Part shown: positions 9,867-22,902 of the stretch, piece after piece
Layout: the number at the start of each line of letters is the position of its first letter
Numbering within the stretch: the stretch's first letter is position 1
Source of the DNA: Paraspadella gotoi
Lineage: Eukaryota > Animalia > Chaetognatha
Direction of reading: 5' to 3'
Length of the DNA: 64,000 nucleotides
Assembly: GCA_051294375.1 (NCBI GenBank)
Contig: CM119271.1
Coordinates: 4,014,862-4,078,861, forward strand
Made by a program: the position numbers and the translations under genes
The notes under the pieces: generated by a model
Seen by the model: only the letters and a program-made list of their open reading frames with translations
Database searches by the model: none
Told to the model about the DNA's origin: nothing

Positions 9867-12800
9867 GGAAAATAAAAAACCCAACCAGAAAAAAGATAAA
9901 AATCCTCTCCCATCTCAGAGGTGTTACCTCTAAATATCTTTAGGATATGTATATTACCGCCGGCTCGATGCTAGGTCCAGCAGATCTGCTTCACCTCTAC
10001 CATTCTCTATTTCAGAGTATCGCCAACATTATAATGTAATGAGGAATGCTGAGTAATGGAGAAAGAACACAACAATGCGGAGAAAGCATTAGATAAATAA
10101 CCCTGACGACCCAGACCAGATAGATAAAACCGTATGATCCGGATCAACAGGATACTATCTCGCAGGAGATTTACCAAAAGTTAGTACCGGAGATCGTTGG
10201 TATGACTTTTTGCCAGGATAGTTCCTATGAATTCTAGTAAAATAGCCTTCATCTGAATGGAAAAATTAAACTTAATAGGGAAGGATTATTCCGCTTTAAT
10301 ACGATAAATGAGAGATGGAAATCGGTTATTCCTCCCAGACACGAAAGCGAATTTTTGCAGTTATTAGATCATTGTAACCCTCTCTCACTTCTCTTCCGCT
10401 GGTGTGTATAATCTGTGTATTAGTATGTTAAGTTATAGAACGATTCCACCGCGTAATGTTATATTTTTAATAAATTTTTATTAATAACCTATAATATGTT
10501 AGCTATAAGGTATTAAAAATATAAAGGAATGATCATTAGTTTTTTGATCTAAAATAGCTTGAACTAAAAGTAATATTCCTAAATTTTCCATTGGAAAGCA
10601 CTATAAATTATTAAATAAATAATATTTAGTCAGTACGTTACTAAACCCAAGTAAAAATCAAAATACACTAACCTATTAAACTTTAAGGCCCACTAAAAAA
10701 AGATTAAAAGGTTTCATAATTATATTCTTCATAACTTTTAATCTATTTTGAGCTCGGTTATGGCTTAAATTTGCGCCTTTATTATCCTTAGAGATTACTG
10801 CTCAAATTTAGTTATTAAAATTATTTATCAATATTTCCCTCAGGGAATCTGCCTAAGTGGCTATTGCTTTTAGTAATATCAAAAGGTGTTTTGGACTAAA
10901 TTGGTTACCCAAATTACATACTATCTTGTGCTGATGAGCGTATTAATTGTTATTCTCCAAGAGGACACATTAAAATATTAATGATCTTTTATGTTAATAG
11001 ACACATCCATTTAAATCTAAAAATACACCCGTATATTACAACATAAAAAATTAAATCAGTTAACATATTTCCTTTTTGATAATCATTACTGAACGGTTTT
11101 GCCTTTTGTATCTAGATTAGCTAGAATGTGCACTTTGATGATTGTACGTCGTTTATGCATTCAAGTCAATCTTGTTATTTTGGTAATTTACGTCCTGTTC
11201 CTTAATCTTCCTTGTTATCATATGAGCATAACTACGTATTACTCGAAGAGAGGAGTTAAGATAAGGTAAATGTGAAAAGCTATGAGGTGCTTGACGTAGA
11301 CCTCACTGGGGCGGCGGGGAACGAACCCGTCCCACGGGTTCGGAAAGCCTGACTTTCTTAGCTCGTGCAGAAGATATTTTCTCGAGTATTTGACAAAAAG
11401 GGCCAAGATAAATAAAAAGTATATGTAAAATTTATCCTGGACAGATTTTTATGTCTGATGCGGTAAACCAGATTAACTTCGTCTCTGTGCTTTTTTCTTT
11501 CGCTTCGGTTTTCTTAGAGTTATTTGACTAGTTTCCCTGTTTTGGAGTTGTGATTTTTTATAGAAATATGTAAGTGGATTAGAACAAACTGCTGAATTTG
11601 TGTATGTTCCCCCTACGCAGATTCGCGTCTCTCTCTCTCTGCCTCTCTTGTAAGCAATCAGTTCTAACACTTTCATGCGATCCATCGGTATACATACCGG
11701 TCTCTGCATTGCTTGCTCTCTCCTCTATCTGGCTCTTTCATGCTTCTTTGCTCTTCATGCCGTCCATTTTCTTTTTATCTTCTATTGCATGATGTTCTCA
11801 TTAAAAACTAGTTGTATCCCTTGGCCAAGGGTACTAATAAAACTTACATATCTAAAGACCTTGTATCCTACTGTTCTATAGCATTTATATATCATGTCTT
11901 TATAGTTTTAAATCCGTGACTGAATAAACGTCGCATTAGTTACAGGGAAGCATAGAAAGTCAAGTGAGAGAGACAGCGGATTCTACTAAACTTAGAGGTG
12001 CGAAAACACAAAAAAGAAGGAAATAATTGTGAGAATTTATAATATGAATGTATGATTTCTGTATGTTTATTTATTATGAATATTCTTATAATATAAAAAA
12101 AGCAAGTTAAATTTTAATTTATGATGTATGCAACAAACAAACAAAACTGCGACCCAGGCTCCCCTTACGACTCATCTATGATCCCGCTCACTCTTCTCAT
12201 CGTGCGAAAAAGCAGATTTCGTACCACTCAAGCTACTCGCGCATAGAAACATATGAAGCAAAGTTATGTACAGCAAGAACTCTTTCCTGCGATCGTCTGG
12301 AGCTCCTTAGCATTAAATTTTGCGTCAGCGCTCCATCGTTTTCACTTATGTTATACTCGACAGGTACTTGATATAAAGAGACAAGAGCCACAGTTTTATT
12401 CAGTCCCCAGCCAGCGCGGGTCGTACCCGGCCGCGCGGTCGATTAGACCTTACCGCTACCGCCTACTTTGGGAATTCATAATTAACATGAAGTGTATATT
12501 CGGAGCTCTCCGTCGCTTGCTGTGTGCACTATAGTTAGCTCCCATGTCCTGCCCTGGGCGCGGAAGAAAAGGAGAGTTATTGAAATAAATAAAGGGAAAC
12601 AAAAAGTTTTTTTTGATTTAAGTTCATTGAGACAGTGTCGGAATTGTATGTATCGGTTCACCTCGAGTAAGGATGATCCCTGGGCGAACCTGATCCAACG
12701 ACAACAAAAAGAATTGTAAGAGAAAGAAAGAATGAGTGGCGACACGAATAGAGAAGAGAAGAGAGATAGGTGAAGAGGTGAGAAGAGAGATCAGAGGAGA

Positions 12801-15551
12801 GGAGAGACAGTGAGAAGATAAAGATGTATGGAGAAACGATAGAGGTAATTAAAGATGTATAGAGGAGATGAGGAGAGAAGTAGAGAGGGAAAGATACGGA
12901 AAGATTATAATGTAATGCGAAGATATACAAAGAACAGATAGATTTAATTAGAGCGAGAGGAGACGTGATAGAATTAGAGAGACTGAACATCTCTTCTCTT
13001 ATCTCGCGCTCCGTCGCCTAGCGCGTACCTCCTCTGATGATATGATTGAGTCATACTCGAAGATTTTTTCGCGAAAAAAAGGATCTAAATTGCCTCTTGG
13101 ATCTCGATTGATTAGCGAGTCCAGGCGTTTTTAACGGGAAGTTAAAACAAATAAATAAACGAATAGTTAAAAGAAAAATATAAATAAGAAAAGTAAAAGA
13201 AAAGTCCATTATTTCGACTCGAAAGGAATCGATTATTGAAAGATGTTCTTCAACGTCCGTGAGAAGTTGGGTGAATGGCATTTTTTTCTCTGTGAGAGTG
13301 AGTTGCTTTTTTCATTCGTCCCCGCACCCTTCTGCCTCCTCTTAGTTGTTAAAGGCAATCTGGTTGGAAAAAATCTAACTCAGCCAACTTCTTTCTCCAT
13401 ATCGGACTTTATAATTAGCCTTAACCTCCATACATGAAATTTTTTCGTCCTTCTTTCGACTGCGTCATAATATATATAAAAAACTCTTTAATTCCGAATG
13501 AGTAGTGGCTCTTATTCTCTTTTACTTCTAGAGGGTACAAAAAATATATATATTGAAGTGTTTGGTGCTCCTGAGTACGCACTAATATCTTATCTAGATC
13601 AAAACGCTATAACCTTGCTATATTTGTGAAAAACAAGCGGAACTAAAATATCTTGATTACATGCGAATAATCATATTAAGTTGTGAGAGAAGTTAAAAAT
13701 CTTTATAATGGTGCAGAAAACATTCGACAGCAAGGATAACGGTAAGGATGATACAAAAAAAGAAAAAAAAAGAACCGCGCTGGAAAGAAAAATACTATAG
13801 AAAGCAAGAGTAGTTCGAATAAAACAGACACTCATCCTGTTCAACTTATGTGTATTGTGTATTTTCAAAAATACGCGCTGTGTTATATGTGCTGAATAGA
13901 AAGGTTGTTGTTCCTTTGGTACTCACTAACCCTATCTCACTATCAATTTTTCCAGTGTAGAAACAACACAAAATATTAACATAGTCACTCCACTGCTACA
14001 TACACATTTTTGCTCTTGACTATACTGTATCATATAAGGATAACTTGTGTATATACTACATCCATTTATAAATAACTGATCTAATAAAGTTAGCGTAATA
14101 GCAAATGTCCTGGTGTGTTAAAATATTAAATCCTATTATCTATGATGTTATCTCTGATCTTTTTTAATTAAGATTCAATCAAACTCGGTTCATACAGTTT
14201 TTTCCTCATATTTCCCTTTTTCTTGTTTGACTTAAGAAAGAAGGTTTTGATTGATTGTCTGAAACTAATTCAATTATTCTGTTTAAAACACTATAGCATA
14301 ATAAACTTGGGAACTGTAGGTTTAATAAGTTTTATTATAAGTTTTAACACTTAGTTGTAGAGCTTGCAATAAAATAAAAAATGACGCATCAGGCTAACCT
14401 GCAGCAAGCCTTTTACCATATTATTACTTTCTTTTACAAACCAATACCACTCTCATTCAGGGTCGATCACTAAAATCTTCACCAAAGAGTTCAAAATATC
14501 TAAACAGAAGGAAGGAAAGGTTTTGTTTTACCTAAACTATCAGGTAAATTGTACATATACTTTTTATTTATCTTGGCCCTTTTGTAAATCTATACTAATG
14601 CCATACTAATTAAATATAATATTTTCCTCTTAGTTTAATTATGTTTGATACATATTCACAAACAACATTACTTGATCAATAATATATGCAATCTAGCTAT
14701 TCTATAAAAAGGCAAAACCAGTAGATTCCAAAATTGTACTTTAATTTTTTATGATATACTGTTTTAGATTTAAATCTGTTTTAAAAAACAATAAAAGTTT
14801 ATAATTTTCTTGAGAAAACATTTACTCATAGACAAAAGTAGTAATTGGCCATTTTTCCAAACACTTTTGATATTTACTAAAAGCAAAGACTTAGCAGATT
14901 CTTGAAAAATATTGATATTTTTAATCTAAATTTGACAGTTCTCTGGTAATAGACACATATACAATATAAGAGCTCAAAAATTTAAAAAAGTTTGAAGAAT
15001 ATAATTATAAAATTTTAATCTTTTTTTTTAGCTTTTAAGTTTAATCATGTGTATTTTGATTTTATTTTAGTAAGTACTGCCTAAATATATTTTTTTAATA
15101 TTTATTCTTCACAAATTTAGGAATAACTTTTAGTAAGTATTTTATCAAAAAACTAATGATCATCTTTTATATTTATATTATTAATATTATATTATTAATA
15201 AAATTGGGATTAAAAATAAAAAGTTTAATAAAAATAAAAAGTTTACATTCAAAATATTTTCAAAATTCCCAAATCAAGTATTGATTTAATCATTATTTTA
15301 TTAAAAATCTTTAAATTAATTTCACATTATAAGATTTACGATCAAAGAAAACCGCAAAAGTACTCGATCACTTGGAAACTCTGGAGATCTCCTTCTCCGG
15401 TCAAGTTTTTCAGGCTTATCAGTTCCCAACTGTCTTCTACAGACAAAAAAGAACCTAATAAAATGAGTCGTGACCCTTTCATCTGGTTTAATTAAAAATT
15501 TGGGTAACTCTAATGGATAATTTTATCTTTTTTTGGTTTTTTTATTTCCAG

Positions 15552-15739
15552 AAAAAGACAAATGTCTCGCTCTCAAAGGCTGGAGAGTCAACAAATGGCC
15601 GACGCGGAGAACAACGAAAATAAGAGAAACAAGAAACAAAGAAAACAAAGGAAAACAAAGAAAACGAGAAAAAGAAACGGGAAGGAGAAACACACTGAGG
15701 AAAAAGCTGAGCGATTTGGAGTCGCAGTTGGGAACGCAG
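15552..15739 (+). CDS. Upstream exon of the coiled-coil host gene (cleaner mirrored copy)
   Basis: Acceptor ttttggtttttttatttccAG at 15550-15551 and donor CAG|GTTAAAT at 15740. Fragments EKDKCLALK, RLESQQMADAENNENK and TLRKKLSDLESQLGTQ. Ends in phase 0, matching the phase-0 start WESLRK of exon 943-1168. Confidence 0.55.
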
Positions 15740-16034
15740 GTTAAATTAGTTTTTAAATATAATTCAATGAAATCGTTTATTATATATTTACATAGTATGC
15801 ATGAAAAATTTCTTGTTTTTGTGAATAAGGAACAGTTTTTAGAGAGAGAGCATGAAGATTGAAAGAAGATCTTCCTTTAGATTTAGAATTTATTTCACAA
15901 TCCTAAAGGTAAATGAACTAGGAATGTAGGAGAGTATTAAAAGCCGTTCAGAGTTTGATATTTGAAATGTTTTAGTCCATGCCGAGATGAATAAAAAGGC
16001 ATATTAACCCACTATACTCGGGCGTCAGGAGGAG

Positions 16035-16321
16035 TGAGGCGACTTACCACAGGTCTCTCTCTCTAAACCCTTCCTCTCTCCTCTTTCTTCGAGCCGGGTC
16101 GATCCAAACACGGTCACTTTGTCCTAGCTTTGGCAATGACCTTAGTTTGACCGGACACAGTAATAGGGCCGAGGGACCGTAAAGGTCAAGTTGGTCCGGG
16201 CGATGATAAAAGTGGATCAGGAGAGAGCTAGACTCACTTCTTTTCTACTTCTGTTACAACGTCACAATATCCTTCACTCTCTCTTCATATTTATTATTAC
16301 ATTTTTTCTCGTCTTCTACCA
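16035..16321 (+). repeat. 5' LTR (clean mirrored copy)
   Basis: TGAGGCGACTTACCACAGG...GTCTTCTACCA; reverse complement of 1520-1803 apart from scattered indels and substitutions; followed by the PBS. Confidence 0.92.
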
Positions 16322-16322
16322 T

Positions 16323-16335
16323 TGGTGATCCCGAC
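16323..16335 (+). other. Primer binding site, tRNA-Trp type
   Basis: TGGTGATCCCGAC, 1 nt after the LTR, matches 12/13 to TGGTGACCCCGAC, the complement of the eukaryotic tRNA-Trp 3' end (recalled, not searched). A Trp PBS is characteristic of the CsRn1 clade. Confidence 0.82.
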
Positions 16336-17022
16336 TAAAAGATAAGTAACCTTTCTGATCATTTTTTTTTTTAATGATTTATGATTTGAATTGATCAATG
16401 ATTGATCGATTATTTTATTCATCAGTCATTAAATAGGCGGTTTAATTTAGTGAAAAAGATTCACTCAGTTTCACGGCCTATTTCGCGATCAACGCATTTT
16501 TCTTCAGATTTTTAAAACTAAAAAATTGACAACGCATTTTTCGCAATTTCTATTTGTTCTCAGTCGCGTCGTCTGACGTTTCGTTTTCCACGTCCAACAT
16601 TTTTCATCACTTACCCGGATTACTAGCAAAAGCTCAAGATTAATTCTTTTTTTATTAGGCGTTTTCAACGATTTTGTATTTGTTTTGCAAATTCGATACT
16701 AACCCTAATCGGACTTTTATCCTTTTATTCGGAAATTTTAAAATTAGCTCTAAGTTTAAAAATAAAACTTCATAAACTTAACTTACGGGTAATGTAAAAA
16801 ACCGTCTCGCCACGCGTTTTTCAATTTTACCGCGCCGTATTAAACAATTTTCATCAGAGAATTTTGCTAGCTCTATTCTAAACGGATTACGCGAAAATTT
16901 TCTTTCGGATTTTTCCCTTGATAAAAAGATTGGAAAAATTTTTTGACTTTTCTGTTCGGCAGCAGAATTAGTATTTTTTTTGGTTACAGCAAAATTTTTA
17001 GCAACATTTCTCCACAACCGTC

Positions 17023-18084
17023 ATGGAACACCTAGTTGGACATGGAAGCCCCTGCCGGACGTGGAGTTCGCCGCGCCTCGACCTCCACCTTCTGCAGGGA
17101 AACCCAAGCGACGCCGTATGGAGGACGCCACCCCACACCCGCTATCACCATCTCACCGCCACCCGGTTTCATAGCGCCACCATCACCAGAGCAGTTCGAC
17201 AACGACCGCTTTTCAGACCCGCGCGGCGACCGGCCACAGACCAGGCCCCAAAGCCCTGGCCACACCCCCTCGACCAATGTCGGATCAAGTGCGACCGCAC
17301 CAAGGGTCATCAAGCGGTTATTGATGTCGTTCACCAACCGGATCAAGGATGTGGAAGCCAAAACAAGGCAGAGTAAATGAAAACATCATAAGCTCTATCC
17401 AACACCTCACGAAGAGAGATCCAAAGGCTAGTGGAAGCTCAGCCGGTCACTACAGGAAGCACCAGCATGTCCGACAGGTACCATTTTTGGCCAACGTATG
17501 TGTCATTATGCAGGTCAAGCTATCCAGGGAGACGTCAGCCGCATGGAGCCTCCTCCCTCACGCAAAACCCCGATGGATCTGGAGACGCAAGCCACCAGCC
17601 GTTCGAAGACGCCAAAGTTGCCGGCCTTTTCGATGTCAGCAACATCCAGCCTGGCTTGCTGCAGTCGAGGGGAGTTTCCGCCTTCGCTTCAGTTCATGCG
17701 AACAAACTCAAAAAGCTTTACTTCTCAGTGCGATTTCGCAGGGAGCATCAGTACTGTCAGAGGTTTTTATACGATGATTCACCCTGTGTCGGCGTTACCA
17801 AACTCTGAAAAACAGCTTAACGAGTTGGTTTGCCGAAAAGCCCCGGCAAAAGGCGCAAAGGCTCTAGGACATCACTCCCTTCCAAGGACGACGTCCGCTC
17901 GCAGTTTGTTGGGCCGCACTGCGTGCAAGGTTCGAAATCCCTCAGATCGGACCCACATCCTCAACGCGATCCTTGCCTAGCGCTCCCGGCCCATGTGGCT
18001 GGAAGGGTAGTTAGGACGGGACGAGGACGCCGGGGCGATCGCCAAAAGGCCGACGCATTATTATTCGCCCAAGGCATAATATCT
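17023..18084 (+). CDS. gag: Mirrored partial copy of Gypsy gag, truncated at N gap
   Basis: Reverse complement of ~6065-7075; same peptides (KRRRMEDATP, VNENIISSIQHLT, MDLETQATSRSKTPKLP, WLAAVEGSFRL). Confidence 0.85.
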
Positions 18085-18184
18085 NNNNNNNNNNNNNNNN
18101 NNNNNNNNNNNNNNNNNNNNNNNNNNNNNNNNNNNNNNNNNNNNNNNNNNNNNNNNNNNNNNNNNNNNNNNNNNNNNNNNNNNN
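18085..18184. other. Assembly gap (100 N)
   Basis: Run of N. Three further 25-N gaps lie at 28404-28428, 32016-32040 and 46077-46101. Confidence 0.99.
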
Positions 18185-18600
18185 GAGAGAGAGAGAGCGG
18201 GAAATCGGGAAAATCGGCTTGGATGAAGATCAATTAAAAAATGCACAATAAGAAAGTTAATGAGTCGCTTCAGTGTGAACGAAGTGAAAGACAATATAAT
18301 ATATTAAATGAATGGATAGTTTGTACCAATTTCATATATTAGCTTGTATAGTGATTTTGTAAGGTTAGGTTTATACTTAAATAGTTAAATAAGCCAGAGC
18401 AATAAACGCTCTGATAAAAAAAACTAATGTCACAAAGGGGATTAATCACACAAGTGACATGCGCCTTTCTGTTGAAAGGCGCTTTGCAATATGCAATAAG
18501 ATTAATGCTTGAGGCGAACGTAACTACATAAGGAATGAAATTAAAACTTTTTGTAGATAAATAGTATTTTCAAAAAAATTGGAATACTATTTATAATAAT

Positions 18601-19315
18601 TTTTTAGTCGGATCTGCTTATCAGCTTATCAGCAGATCCCGACTCTATAATATTCACTTTGTCGGTCCGTTCGGTCCGCCCCCTCAATATTGTCGGGCAC
18701 TAACTTATATCATGTCTGAACATCGAATTATGTGGATAAAAATTATGCAAAAAAAATGATGACCGTCTTGAATCCGTCCGTCACCGTCCGCCGCGTCGCC
18801 GTTCCGTCCTCCACGCTCTAGCTGTGTGTGGTTGGTAGGGAAGTGTGTGGGATTGAGCTGTATATAGGAAGTTTCGATGGAATTCGTCAAAGTGGAAATG
18901 AGTTTAAATGGAAAAAATAAAAAAAATAGAATATTCAACATATATTGAAAAGCGCGGATTGACCGTTGAAATTTTTTATTTGCGTAGGAAAGTGTGTGCT
19001 TAAGCTGGAAATCAAGTTTCGATGGGAATCATTTGAGTGGAAATGAGTTTAAATGGAAAAACAAAAAACCGTGTTTCACCTAATTGAATTATCTTCTTTT
19101 TCCTTTATATAAATTGTAAATGAAGGATGTATTAATAAATCAAATAATTAATCAGTTAATTAATCAATTAGTCAATTAATTCGTGATTGGCTGGTTGGAT
19201 TTGGAATGAAATTTTGTGTGTCGGGTAGGAACAGGATTGTGAGATGCAGATTAATGCGTGGATATAAAGATTTCGATGGAATCGTGCGAGTGGAAATGAG
19301 TTTAAATAATTGCAG
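18601..19315 (+). mobile_element. Helentron/DINE-1-like non-autonomous element (HINE), family B
   Basis: Starts TTTTTAGTCGGATCTGCT...AGCAGATCCCGACTCTATAA (5' palindrome after a T-run), then a GTCG/GTCC microsatellite, then three copies of a core containing tttcgatgg(g)aat...gtggaaatgagtttaaat. Related copies at ~41.1 kb and ~57.6-57.9 kb. Confidence 0.7.
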
Positions 19316-19399
19316 TGAGCAGTCGGCGTCGACTCACAGCCACACGTAGAGGGACGGCGAATCGAGAAACTGATTAGAGGAAGGAGAAGAGATGCGTCC

Positions 19400-21700
19400 A
19401 AACGCAGTCGTCAACTACAGGAAGAAGCCGTTGGATCAACAGGGCAACAACGAAAAGCGTCAACCCACATGTCAATCGAACGAACGGGAATCCGAAGCCA
19501 AAAGACCATCGTTAACACTCTTGCCAAAGAACATGCTAAGTTCGGGAAGAAGCATGGTATCTGTGCTGCGAATAAACGAAGGTTGCTCCAAATACGAGGG
19601 AGATGCAATGCAAGGGAGAGCGAGAGGGAAAGGAAAGGGGGACGACGTCCGTGAAGCCGTCGCCCCAAGCTTCAACTCATTCACCAGCGCCCAGCAGTCT
19701 CCTCTACATGCAGAGACGCCAAAGAAGGAGATACGCAAATGGTTTCGTCTGAGCGGAGGGCGCCCTACTCTCACACGTTCTGTCCACGCCACTTCTCAGA
19801 AACAACGCCATGAAGCGCCCAGATTCGAAGATAAAGGCTACAGGCGGCCAATCCGGCTCACAATAAAGCTGCTAATGGGACGACGAGAGAGGACGGTACA
19901 GACTGGGTAATCATCAATTTGGTATAGCGAATTTGCCATAGGCGACGCGTCAGACAACACATCCTTGGAGCGGGATGTTTCTCGCTGAGAATTTCCTGGC
20001 CTCCAATACTGCGAGATGGTTGTTGCTTGACGCTCCGCGGATACTCGAACCATCGCGGCGTCCACTGCGTTCAGAACCCCTCAACCACATGTCAGTTTGT
20101 GTAGATCGGCAAGGAGAACGAAATTATAAACTCCTCGAGTCTTATCCGTCATTATTGACGGCCAAGCTTCGAGTTGGAAGGAACTCAGGCACGGGGGGTT
20201 ACACACTCAGATCACCGAACGGAAGGAAGGCACCTTAGTAGCAAATGACACAAGGACGCCGGTCCGCCTCGATGCGGCGGAGAAAGTGGCCCTTCGCGCA
20301 AAACGGGACTCGAACAAGATGGTAATCGATCGGCGTCGCAAGCGAGGGTGGTTGACAACTTTGGCTGGCTTGGCTACGGGGAATGCTGTGCTGCGTTAGG
20401 TGCCTATCGTAGCTGCTGGCTCTGCTGGCGTGCTTTCGGCTTTCTTCGGCGCTCCCAGCGTGGCCAGAGGGGCTGTGCGCTCGGCGACCCTCTGGGCCAT
20501 GGCTGGGACCCGAGTGCGACGGACTGTAGGTCCGCCTCGAAGCCCGTCCACCGTCACAATTTTTGTCGGCTTGGCCTCACGTGGCGCATCAATTATCGAC
20601 GTCCGGACCTCGACCGATCATAGGGTGATGTGTATTGGGGAGACGACGCATTATTTTTTCACGAACTAGGGTTCGGTCCGGTTGGCCGGCCGCGTGGAGC
20701 CCCCTGCCATGACTTTGACCGCGCTCTTGAAGGTTTGGCGCGAGAGGGCGTTGGCCACAAACGCTCAGGCCTACATTCCCTTAAAATAAGCGTGCACGTG
20801 CGTATGCTCTTGTGCACTATAGAAGGATGTTCCCATAGACGATACCCGGAAGTGGATCGATTCGGGAAGAGAACAAATCTCCTGATATACGATGAGCGGT
20901 CGCCAGAGGGAACCCTCTTGGGCACCAAGTCCGCGTGCGGAGAGACGATGCATGTTGCCCACTGGCCTTTTTGAATCCGCCGTACCCGCTCGGTATTCAC
21001 GCCGTAGGGGAGAGCGACAGTGAGTGGCGACGGCGAGCGCGGCGACTCTCAATCGAGACACAGGGGCTTTGGTGATCGTATAATCAGGGTAAATGATCTA
21101 CCCCTTCGGACCAGTGCCTGAATTGGCGGACCCAGCTTTGAAGGCACGGCCACATAAAATCGTTTGCTTTAATCAGAACGGAGATGCCATAAGCCGGTTA
21201 GTTTTTTGGCGGCTTGGGGCCAAGAAAAGGCGCAGAGGCTTCCATCACTTTTGGGGCCTCTTTGCTCCGTATCGCCTCCAATGTTGACGGCCAAATCTGA
21301 AGGCATCCCGTTGTTGATGCAAAGTTTTGGCCTCCGTTGTCTAGGATGATGGAGTCATGGCCGGCTGTTGGAATTGAAACCGCGTTGTTGACGTCGTTGT
21401 CCAGTCCAGGATTTTTGGGCTTTGCCACTGAGGGCCTCGTACAGAGCGATGCTGGGGCGACTCTGGGGATTAAACAGCCTGTAGTAATTTATCCTCCAGA
21501 ATCTCTGCATTTCCTTTATCGTCGTGGCGGCAGCATCTCCTGTAGGTTTGAACGCGTTCTGGAAGCGGGCTTCACATCTGTCTTATCGGCCGCACGGTGG
21601 CAGGTCTATTTATCGTTCTCTGCTTCTGCGTCCTCCTCCCTCAGTGACCCAGCCCAAGTCCCCACCGCTCTCCCCACCACAACCATCCCCTTTACGAAGA
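19400..21700 (-). mobile_element. Second Gypsy pol fragment (RNase H to integrase), extremely noisy
   Basis: Minus-strand motifs visible across frameshifts: DASDLA..GG..EQRGP..WKPLAF (~21310-21220), GRSFTL.YTDHQAL (~21100-21060), Y.KG..VANALSR (~20790-20735), possible HPGVKAT (~20040). Boundaries are uncertain and no LTR was recognised. Confidence 0.6.
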
Positions 21701-22862
21701 AGAAAGAGGCAAAAAGAACACACAACATGAAGAGGATCGAAAATATCAGCGAAACAATCACACTAATCACAGTCTAGTCGCCTCAAGAGTGTAGCAAGAT
21801 CCGAACACCTTAAAAATACCTGTACGAGTGTTGGGAGCTTCTTCTCCGGCATCCTCGGTCTTCTCGTCCTCATCGTGCTCCAACTGTCAATTGTAGCACT
21901 TAGTTATATAAAGTATTTTATGTATTTGGGTATTTTTGAATTTTTGTAATTTTGGTATTTTTCGTTTTGAAACACGTTTTTTGCATGTATTTACGGGTTA
22001 CAACGACCTGGTTGTGATATTATTGTTACTTATAGTAGATTACTATTTATTTATCAACATTCTGTCATTCACTGCAAGATAGACGCAACATTATTTTGTT
22101 CTGTATTTTAGACCATTATTAGTAACGGGGGCATGTTAGGCCGTCGAGTGAATCAAATCTATACAAGAATAATTCTGCCATTTATGGGTTCGACCATCGA
22201 CTCAGAGCTGCTGGGACAGCTGAGTTACAATCAGAGCCATCCAGCGCCCTGATTCCTCAGGAATCTTAAACCTACTTTTAAAGCTTTAAAACTAAGAAAA
22301 CAGTTGGGCGCGGACATGTCTTTGGGAAGGCATTTAGCGTCCCTGGATGCAATCGTTCGACGATTTCAACTCGACAACTGCAGCTTACAAAACGTGACGG
22401 CGTCAACTTTCGAATCTTAGAGCTTCAAAGTGGCACCTCTCAGGCCGCGCCGGACGGATCACAGTCCACTGGGCATACAAAACCCGTTATCCTACTCGCC
22501 GAGCAATCCAACTCAACACGTTTTCGTTCAGCGGAGCAGGGTTCACGTCCTCAGCACTTACAGCACCTATGAACGGCTTACCGATTGTGTAGGCGAATCG
22601 GCAAGGCACTTTAGCATGTCACCCATCAAAAAATCCCAGTAGAGGCCGCGCTGAAACGCTTAAACTCAGGCCCGTAGCGTCAAAACCAGCGTGGGTTTTC
22701 GCGACAGAGACGTTGGAGGTTGTTCAGGACATCTCAGCGACGCCCAGCAGACGCCAGCAACCGGCCTACGAACGAGGAACGCGGCAAGAAAACAACTGCG
22801 ACACTCCGTTGTTCAGAAGATATTCAGACGCGCGGCGTCGGCCCGAACCGGCTTCCTCCTCC

Positions 22863-22902
<40 letters not shown>

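Larger units (their letters stand above)
6065..18084. repeat. Large inverted duplication (fold-back), axis ~13.3 kb
   Basis: Reverse-complement anchors: 6065-7075 vs 17050-18084 (gag), 9100-9320 vs 15910-16100 (LTR plus flank), ~11400 vs ~14580. The left arm is far noisier and longer. The right arm ends at a 100-N gap. Confidence 0.88.

Noticed and set aside
11300-11370. tRNA gene
   Set aside because: Only a GGTTCG motif and one stem are present; I could not build a cloverleaf or find an A-box.
12720-13020. Purine-rich tract near the fold-back axis as a functional element or sequencing adapter
   Set aside because: No exact adapter sequence is recognisable. It resembles low-quality base calls and has no clear partner in the mirrored arm.
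16035-18084. Independent second insertion of the same Gypsy element
   Set aside because: Its upstream flank is the reverse complement of the flank of the first copy, so it is the same insertion duplicated by the fold-back.
19392-19910. 172-aa plus-strand ORF as a novel gene
   Set aside because: It lies antisense to the noisy Gypsy integrase region, is GC-rich and has no recognisable motifs.
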